From Chitinophagaceae bacterium (GTDB lineage: Bacteria > Bacteroidota > Bacteroidia > Chitinophagales > Chitinophagaceae): 58,231 bases of DNA. The stretch is from NCBI GenBank assembly GCA_020854215.1, contig JADZFY010000286.1, positions 1-58,231 of the forward strand. Direction: 5' to 3'. A program made the translations under genes and the position numbers. The notes below the pieces were generated by a model. It had not been told where the DNA came from. It did not search any database and saw nothing but the letters and a program-made list of their open reading frames with translations. Below are positions 51,443-58,231 of this stretch, piece by piece. The stretch's first letter is position 1; each line of letters begins with the position of its first letter.

Positions 51443-53032
51443 ATGGAAAGAAGAAAGTTTATTAAGAGTACATCATGGTTAGCCGGCGGTGCGCTGATGC
51501 TAAATCATTCCGTGCAGTCTGAGAATGCAAACCCGGGGAATAAACTTCTGATTCGGGGAGAAAAGCAATTAACGGGCATTGATGTTTTTGCACCATCCTG
51601 TGTGGGGTTGAATGAAAAATTTCGGTTAGGTATAAAAATGAAATGTCAGCCTTTTTTTGCTAATGGGATGGTTCGGTGGGAAAGAGAGGAAGGAGCCATT
51701 GACGGACCTTTTAATAAATCGGCAAGAGGAACAGCATTTATGGATAACGTGATGCCGGAGTGGAGCGGTTCGGTAACCATATCAGGAGATGATGGTTTAC
51801 AGGGTAGTTCTTCTTTTTCTTTCCTGAACAACAGAAATACTCCCTATGGAAAACGTGGGATCAGAAGGTTAGAAGATTTCAGCTTTAACTCTCCCGGTTT
51901 CAAATACATTCGTATAACAGATATTGAAACGGGTATTGAAGGTATCAGCAATCCCATTTATGTCGAAGCCTCCCCGAATGGAGAGAGATTGTTTTGGGGC
52001 GACTTACATTGCCATAGTATTTTTGGAGACGGCATCAGGACACCGGAAGAATTACAGACTTTTGCCCGGGATGAAACCTTTCTGGATTTCTTTGCTTTAA
52101 CGGATCATACAGAGATTTTAAGCGACGCTCAGTGGGCATACTTTAAATACGTGAGCAATCAATTTAATGAACCAGGGAAGTTTGTTTCTTTTAATGGAGG
52201 CGAATGGACCAGCATGAGCAGGGAATTTGGAGTAGGTAAATACGGACATCATAATTTCATTTATCCCGGTGATGATGGGGCGATACTCCGGAGTAATCAT
52301 CCGGAAGAAAACAATTTGGAGAAACTATTCTCCAGGGTAAAGGAACAGGGAGGTATGGTAATAGCCAATCATCCCGGGTCGGCGGGTTGGGGTTCCAACT
52401 GGAATCACAGATACGATAATGAAGTGGTAAGGCTGGTGGAGACATACAATGGCGGTTCACATGAAATGTCATCTGGTCCGGGACGGATTTTCGAAAGTCA
52501 GCGCATTAAAAAGCCCAATGACGGAAATTTTGTGGTGGATGGATTAAAAAAGGGTTTGAAATTAGGAATGATCGGAACGGGAGATACTCATGACGGGAGA
52601 CCGGGAGACCACTTACATTCCCATCAAAAGACGCCGGGTTATAGTGAGGAATTAGGGCCGGGACTTACCGGTATTTGGGCTGAAGAGCTCACGCGTGAAT
52701 CTGTGTTTAAGGCCTTGTACCATCGTCGAGTGTACGCGACAACCAATAACCGTACCTGGTTAAAGTTTTCTATCAACGATCATCCAATGGGTGCTGAAAT
52801 TACTACATCTGATAAACTAAAGATTAAAGTAATAGCAGCGAGTAATATCAATCTACTGAATATAGAATTGATTAAAGATGGAGAGGTAATAAAGCAATAT
52901 CAACCGAAGGATAAAAAAGTCATTTGGGAGTTTCAGGAGAAAGGATCCGCTAATCCTACCTGGTACTATGTACGATTAACCCTGGAGAATGAACATTTAG
53001 CCTGTTCCAGTCCGATCTGGATTAATGGATAG
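51443..53032 (+). CDS. Tat-exported PHP-fold metallohydrolase (CehA/McbA/DUF3604-like)
   Basis: MERRKFIK signal; WGDLHCHS, DFFALTDH, GEWT, GHHN, NHP, GDTH, WYYVR...SSPIW. Confidence 0.8.
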   Translation: MERRKFIKSTSWLAGGALMLNHSVQSENANPGNKLLIRGEKQLTGIDVFAPSCVGLNEKFRLGIKMKCQPFFANGMVRWEREEGAIDGPFNKSARGTAFMDNVMPEWSGSVTISGDDGLQGSSSFSFLNNRNTPYGKRGIRRLEDFSFNSPGFKYIRITDIETGIEGISNPIYVEASPNGERLFWGDLHCHSIFGDGIRTPEELQTFARDETFLDFFALTDHTEILSDAQWAYFKYVSNQFNEPGKFVSFNGGEWTSMSREFGVGKYGHHNFIYPGDDGAILRSNHPEENNLEKLFSRVKEQGGMVIANHPGSAGWGSNWNHRYDNEVVRLVETYNGGSHEMSSGPGRIFESQRIKKPNDGNFVVDGLKKGLKLGMIGTGDTHDGRPGDHLHSHQKTPGYSEELGPGLTGIWAEELTRESVFKALYHRRVYATTNNRTWLKFSINDHPMGAEITTSDKLKIKVIAASNINLLNIELIKDGEVIKQYQPKDKKVIWEFQEKGSANPTWYYVRLTLENEHLACSSPIWING

Positions 53033-53091
53033 TGCAAATCGTGATTTGTTTCATTTAACCAAACCATGGCCATCTTCAGATTTTCAGCATT

Positions 53092-54753
53092 ATGAGAAAG
53101 AAATCTAAATTTCAACAGCACGATAGCGCAGGAAAAAATTCTGGTACGAAGTATTTGCTGCACAGGCGTTCCTTCTTAAAAAACATGGCCCCACTATTTG
53201 CGCTGCCCATTTTATCTCACAGCGTTGAACACTTTGATCTTACATCAGGCAACAACGGGAAACGGGATTATGCGGTATGCATTAATCCTGATCTTATTTT
53301 GAAAGATCCGGACATGTTAAATCTGCTTTCAGATGCCGGTATCAGCGCTATATGGATAGCAACCTACTTTTATGGTTATTGGCCTTATGAAGTGAAAAAA
53401 ATTGCCGCTGCCAGAAAGCTGGTGATGCAGAAGGGGATGAAGGCATTTGCGATAACCATTCCGTTTGGGCATCCCGGAGATTCTTTGAATGCCGGCGATG
53501 AGCAATTTCCGCTAATCTCTCCTTCCCATTGGCCAAGAAGCACCTCAATAGACGGTAAGCTTTATGCAGGAACATCCGTTAATGAACTGGTGAATACAGA
53601 AAACGCCAAAGCATTAAAACAGGTATCTACATTGGGATTTGGGCAATGCATGATGGATGATGATTTTCGTATTGCCAGGCTGCCGGGTGTTATTGGTGGA
53701 AGTTTTGACAACACAACCCGTAATCAGTTTTTAAAAGAAGGTGGGTATTCAGAGAATAGCTGGAACACCCTTTTGGAAAATATCCGGGAACGGAAATTAA
53801 CACCAATGGTACGCAACTGGATAGAGGGTTACTGCGATCAACTGACGCATTCTTACCAGGTGCAGCAAAAAGCTTTCGATGGCGACCTGGGATTTATGGT
53901 GATGTACCTGGGTGCAGAAAAGGCCGGCATCCGGCTGGCTGATTTTAAGAACGTTTCCATGAGGGTAGGAGAAGCTCATTTTTCTGATAAATCATTTGCA
54001 ACACCACGGGGATGGACAAACGAATTGTTCTCAGTTTTGTTTCACCGTAGGTTTATTAAACCCGAAAAAGCCTGGAGCGAAACCACAGCCTTTCCGGCTA
54101 ACGAACTTTCAGCAGCACATATGGCGGCCAAACTGATTATCTCCACCATTGCCGATGTGCGGCATACGCTGTTTATGAGCGGACTGGAACCCATACCGGA
54201 AACACATTGGGGCACATTGTCTGCTGCAATGAAAATGCAGAAAAGCTACCATAAAAGAATTGCCGGTCATCAGCCCAGGGGTCCTTTTAAGCATTATTGG
54301 GGAGAGGCTTCCAGGTATATTGGCCGGGATAATCCCTTTTCGCTCTGGCTGGCCTTAGGAGTTCCATTTGAAGTAATAGGAAATATCGGGAAAAACCCAG
54401 ATGGCTGGATTTTTTTGACGGATGAAGATTACGATCATCTAAGCAATAATCAGGATAAACAAAATTGGATTGTTCGTGCGGGAGTAAAACATCCTAACGA
54501 TAATGTGGTGGCAGTAAAAGAAGATTTAGCCGAGCTATGGAAATGGAGAAGAGCTGTTATACCTGCATTAGAGGGAAAGCAGATTCCATACATCATAGAC
54601 GAGCTGCCGGCTGTTTGTGCCTGGTATCCGGATGCTTCCTGTGTATTGGTATGGAGTCTTTCAACAGAGCCGGTAAGTTTGCGTATCCAATACGGTAATC
54701 AGATCATTTCTCAGCATTTTCAACCGCTGGAAGCCAAGTTGGTGATGGGGTAA
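53092..54753 (+). CDS. Hypothetical Tat-exported protein, possible TIM-barrel glycoside hydrolase-like fold
   Basis: RRSFLK twin-arginine signal, MMDDDFR acidic motif; no family recognised with confidence. Confidence 0.55.
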   Translation: MRKKSKFQQHDSAGKNSGTKYLLHRRSFLKNMAPLFALPILSHSVEHFDLTSGNNGKRDYAVCINPDLILKDPDMLNLLSDAGISAIWIATYFYGYWPYEVKKIAAARKLVMQKGMKAFAITIPFGHPGDSLNAGDEQFPLISPSHWPRSTSIDGKLYAGTSVNELVNTENAKALKQVSTLGFGQCMMDDDFRIARLPGVIGGSFDNTTRNQFLKEGGYSENSWNTLLENIRERKLTPMVRNWIEGYCDQLTHSYQVQQKAFDGDLGFMVMYLGAEKAGIRLADFKNVSMRVGEAHFSDKSFATPRGWTNELFSVLFHRRFIKPEKAWSETTAFPANELSAAHMAAKLIISTIADVRHTLFMSGLEPIPETHWGTLSAAMKMQKSYHKRIAGHQPRGPFKHYWGEASRYIGRDNPFSLWLALGVPFEVIGNIGKNPDGWIFLTDEDYDHLSNNQDKQNWIVRAGVKHPNDNVVAVKEDLAELWKWRRAVIPALEGKQIPYIIDELPAVCAWYPDASCVLVWSLSTEPVSLRIQYGNQIISQHFQPLEAKLVMG

Positions 54754-54945
54754 AGGATGGAAGAGGAGATGCAGTAGTCGGGGCAGTTGCAAAAGAAAAA
54801 GTGCCATTTTCCCCGGCTGTGATTTTACATCGAGAATTGGGGAATAAAAATGCATTCAATTCATTGATCTTTTTTCCTGCCGTAGTTCTCACAGCAAGGT
54901 AACTGTATGAAGAGTGAGACACCGGTGTGGCTTAAATTTTAATAG

Positions 54946-54984
54946 TCCTTGGAAATCAAAAATCATATTTTTGATTTCCAAGGA
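54946..54984. repeat. Perfect 18-bp inverted repeat between convergent genes (bidirectional terminator or REP)
   Basis: TCCTTGGAAATCAAAAAT-CAT-ATTTTTGATTTCCAAGGA; a second hairpin GCGAAGTC-TCCG-GACTTCGC follows at 55000-55019. Confidence 0.75.
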
Positions 54985-55142
54985 TAGTATCCCCGCTATG
55001 CGAAGTCTCCGGACTTCGCTATTAATATGTTCTTTCGGGACTATGTCCCGCTTCGTGTCTCTATGAAACACGGTCCGGGATCTGATTCGTGCGGAGACGA
55101 GCCAGGGCATTGAAAAAGAGTATGGGTGAAAAATAATTGAAA

Positions 55143-56510
55143 CTATGACCTGTTACTTCTTAAAGCGCTGATGCAATTACTTAGTGAGCGGAAGTGATGA
55201 TAAGTGGCTTTCCAGATATGACCTTTTAAACTTTTCCTGAGCTGAGGTTGTTTATCCAATCCACTTTCATACCAGTCGCCATATTCATGGTCAATAAGAT
55301 AGGTTTGCGCATAGTTCCAGAGCTGTTTGAATTTGTTAAAATAGTGCAGCGGATCGTTTGGAAAAAGATCAGCCATTAATAACAACGTGTTCATTCCCTC
55401 CGCCTGGGACCACCAGTTTTTGGTATTCTTTATAATCGTGATCGTATTATTACCCTTAAAATAATAGCCTTCATCATAAAATCCTCCAACTGTACTATCC
55501 CAGCCGTTATGCAAGGCATGATCTACCATGTGTTTTGCCTTACGCAGCGTGGTACTGTCATTTTTATATCCCAGCATGTGTGAAGATTCCAGCATCAGCC
55601 AGGCGGTTTCTACATCATGACCAAAGGAAACATGATCAAGCTGGCGGTGTTTTAAAATATCTTCTCTATTCAGGTTGCTGAATGATACGGGCGTCCAGTC
55701 GGGCTGAAAGAAAAGGATAAGATTTCCTTTGGGGGAGGTGATGGTATCCCTGATAAGCAACAGCATTTCGTTTAAGCGTTCGCGTAATAGCGGATCTGGC
55801 CATACCTGGTACAGTTCCGTAAAAGCTTCCAACAGGTGAATAGAACTGTTCTGGTCTTTATATCCAAGATCGGAAGTGGAAGGAATATCAGCGCTTCTTT
55901 TAAGCGGTGTGCCATCTCTTTGCATATGCTGAAAGTATCCTTTGTATAGCGGGTCGTGGCTGTGTTCTTCCAGCCAGGCAAAGGCCTGTTTTGCGAGGCT
56001 CAATGCGGCGGTATCACCTGATGTTTTATAATATGCGGCAAGCGCGTATATGCCAAACGCGTTTCCGTAAGCTTCTTTTTCCGCAAAGCCGTAGTTCTTT
56101 ACATTTCCTTTTTGATCTACCAGTGTATAAAATCCGCCGTAGGTTCTATCCCACATTACATCTTTAAGAAAAAGAAAGCCATGTTTTGCACCTATTGTAT
56201 AATATGCATGGGAAGGATACAGCTCAGCAGCATTTGCATTAACCCAGGTATGGCGTGCCTGCGTTACGATCATTTTATCCTGGTTGGCTGCCGGTTTAAA
56301 ATCATAAGTATAAGAGCTTACAAACCCGCCATATGTCGTATCCAAAGATCGGGGATACCATACGTTTAGCAATTCTTTTTGTAAGCTGTTTTCCATTGCT
56401 GCGGCAATCTGCAATCGTTCAGCTTTGTTGTTTTTTGCTGAAAAGGTTTGCTGCTGTGCGTATACCACATGCTGTAAAAAAAGAGAAAGAAAAAGGGATG
56501 TGTATTTCAT
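55143..56510 (-). CDS. AGE-family epimerase (cellobiose 2-epimerase-like) with signal peptide
   Basis: QARHTW, YGNAFGIY, HLLEA, SFGHDVE, WWSQAEG, WKATYH. Confidence 0.88.
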   Translation of the reverse strand: MKYTSLFLSLFLQHVVYAQQQTFSAKNNKAERLQIAAAMENSLQKELLNVWYPRSLDTTYGGFVSSYTYDFKPAANQDKMIVTQARHTWVNANAAELYPSHAYYTIGAKHGFLFLKDVMWDRTYGGFYTLVDQKGNVKNYGFAEKEAYGNAFGIYALAAYYKTSGDTAALSLAKQAFAWLEEHSHDPLYKGYFQHMQRDGTPLKRSADIPSTSDLGYKDQNSSIHLLEAFTELYQVWPDPLLRERLNEMLLLIRDTITSPKGNLILFFQPDWTPVSFSNLNREDILKHRQLDHVSFGHDVETAWLMLESSHMLGYKNDSTTLRKAKHMVDHALHNGWDSTVGGFYDEGYYFKGNNTITIIKNTKNWWSQAEGMNTLLLMADLFPNDPLHYFNKFKQLWNYAQTYLIDHEYGDWYESGLDKQPQLRKSLKGHIWKATYHHFRSLSNCISALRSNRS

Positions 56511-56659
56511 GCCAGAAATTTAGTTCAATTTTCATATACCTGCTTCACGCACGGTTCCTTGAGCGGCTAGGCTGTAATACCCTTTCAGTCCCAACGGGGT
56601 CTTCACAGTAGATCATCTGTGCAAAGACTGAAATTCCGGCGAATCTTGTGAATCGTGCG

Positions 56660-56708
56660 GCGCCGGGGTCTGGCAGCCCGCAATAGCCTTCGAGGAAGAC
56701 CCCGGCGC
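56660..56708. repeat. GC-rich inverted repeat (REP-like)
   Basis: GCGCCGGGGTCT ... AGACCCCGGCGC, 12-bp perfect arms with a 25-nt spacer. Confidence 0.6.
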
Positions 56709-57065
56709 GACTTCTAATGGGCGACCGGATACAACATACGGCGGATGCGGTCTATACGGCAATGATAGAACAAAAACTGATTGAAGGCATAGGCGAAGCG
56801 CGCAGTGAGCTTTATTTGGTTTCTTTATCACCATTGGAGTTCACAGATTTTCTCACAAAAAAGTACTTATTTTCTCACGAAGAGACACAGCGTTTCTTTT
56901 TGCGGCTGACGGCGATTGCTGTTATAATACCTCCATGGTAAATATTTTAATAAAATCTGATTCAAATGACGCTGGCTTCAAGGGGGGGAAGTTCGGTGAA
57001 CACGAAAAAGATTCAATGAAACTCAATTCTTTTTCTTTATCTTCATTTGCCATTTACTTTCAGCC

Positions 57066-57662
57066 TTGAGAGCGGATATATCATATCAAATTGACCATGC
57101 CTTAGTTAACCAGCTTATTCAGGGAGACGAAGCCGCATTTGAAAAGCTGGTGCACATGCTGTATAAAAAATTATTTCCCTTTACTGTTTCTCTTATCAAA
57201 TCAGAAAGCGAGGCTAACGATGTGCTTCAGGAAGTGTTCCTTAAAATATGGTTGCACAGAACTTCGTTTTCCACTATTGAAAACCCCATGGGTTGGATTT
57301 TTACCGTGGTGGCGAACACGGCATCCAATTTTTTAAGAACAAGACTCCGGCACGAACTCCGGATTAAAGCGTACCAGAGTCGCTCAGTTGTTGCGACGGA
57401 TATGGAAGAACAGTTAGACGCGAATTTTACCCAATCTCTTATTGATGAAGCGGTGAATAAACTGCCTGCAAAAAGAAAACAGGTGTTTTTGCTGAGCCGA
57501 AAAGAAGGCCTTTCCCGCAAGGAAATAGCTACACGCCTAAACGTTTCCGAGAATACTGTGCGCAACCAACTTGTGGAGTCCCTGCAATTTGTAAAGGAGT
57601 ATCTGATTCAGAGAGGAGGGCTGACCATTCCTGCGGTATTGATTTTAATGGATATTCTCTGA
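57066..57662 (+). CDS. ECF sigma-70 factor (FecI-like), orphan
   Basis: GDEAAFE, DVLQEVFLKIW, LPAKRKQVF...GLSRKEIA..L.VSENTVRNQL; hydrophobic C-tail; no intact fecR follows. Confidence 0.9.
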   Translation: MRADISYQIDHALVNQLIQGDEAAFEKLVHMLYKKLFPFTVSLIKSESEANDVLQEVFLKIWLHRTSFSTIENPMGWIFTVVANTASNFLRTRLRHELRIKAYQSRSVVATDMEEQLDANFTQSLIDEAVNKLPAKRKQVFLLSRKEGLSRKEIATRLNVSENTVRNQLVESLQFVKEYLIQRGGLTIPAVLILMDIL

Positions 57663-58058
57663 GTACATCATTTTCTCCGGTCGTACATCAGCAAGATTTA
57701 CAATCAACTGCAAACTATGAGCCTGACAACGATTCGTTTGATTTGGAAATATTGAATGAAGTTATTCATTACTGATGAAAGGTATTGTTCAGCGATAGCG
57801 AACAAAATTTGCTTTGACGCTGTTCACTTCCCCCCTCAAATCAATCACGCGGCGTTCCCGCAGAGCGTCATAATATAAATATTGCGAAACAACTCTCGAA
57901 ACCTAATAGAATTGGGTTATTTGCATTAAAACTAATAGGATTAGGCACATAAGTCGAAAACATACAAAAAGGACTTTGCGCTACCAGAAAATTGATTGTT
58001 CATTATAAAAAGTTAACTATTTCTCCAAAACTGGTATCTGCAAACAGGCTATTTTTTC

Positions 58059-58088
58059 TTTGTTACTTTTTGCGGAAAAAGTAACAAA
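58059..58088. repeat. Perfect 13-bp hairpin
   Basis: TTTGTTACTTTTT-GCGG-AAAAAGTAACAAA. Confidence 0.7.
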
Positions 58089-58120
58089 AAGCCGCCCCGA
58101 AAACCCCGCCTGCCGGACGG

Positions 58121-58231
58121 CTACCGTATGGACACAAATATAGACCTTCGCACAAAACGATTACATGGAACTTATTAGTCATGCACCAGATTTCACGGGA
58201 GTGTTTGAAGATAAGCGGTTAGATAAACGGG
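58121..58231 (+). mobile_element. Left end of an IS4-family (IS50/Tn5-like) insertion sequence, truncated by the window end
   Basis: CTACCGTATGGACACAAAT resembles the IS50 end (CT...ACACAA.T). ORF from 58165, MELISHAPDFTGVFEDKRLDKR, carries the D.RL..R motif of the IS4/Tn5 transposase N-terminal DNA-binding domain. Confidence 0.7.

Noticed and set aside
56717-56941. 74-aa ORF or gene remnant upstream of the epimerase
   Set aside because: No recognisable homology; the region is dominated by palindromic repeats.
1-58231. CRISPR arrays, tRNA and rRNA genes
   Set aside because: No regularly spaced repeat-spacer array or tRNA/rRNA signature noticed on manual reading.

Overview
Chromosomal window from a Bacteroidota genome (Chitinophagaceae-like by gene content, TAnnTTTG promoters and SusC/SusD; the taxon is inference). 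It is bounded by mobile elements. At the left is a complete class C (IIC) group II intron (1-1899, minus strand), inserted just after the nrdJ terminator, whose RT gene carries a +1 frameshift. At the right is the first ~110 bp of an IS4-family (IS50-like) element. Housekeeping content: nrdJ, a GGGP synthase, an arginine operon (GNAT-argG-argC-argD-argF'-argB-argE...argH) split by an ECF-FecR-SusC-SusD cassette, hpf, pyrH, a SNF2 helicase, pdxH, a small THX ribosomal protein missed by the ORF track, HU, xth, a PadR-PspC-YvlD envelope-stress module, a fused E1 dehydrogenase, a TraB/GumN protein and polA. The best candidates for undescribed biology are: (1) an AT-rich two-gene module beside polA (wHTH-DUF488 fusion plus an OB-like protein with two beta-clamp-binding-like motifs), a possible DNA-targeting defence or repair system; (2) an unannotated 43-aa leader peptide ending FRVRR ahead of the arg operon, a possible arginine attenuator; (3) a cluster of Tat-exported flavoenzymes and hydrolases with an octaheme cytochrome-TPR protein. 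All family assignments come from motif recognition; no searches were run.
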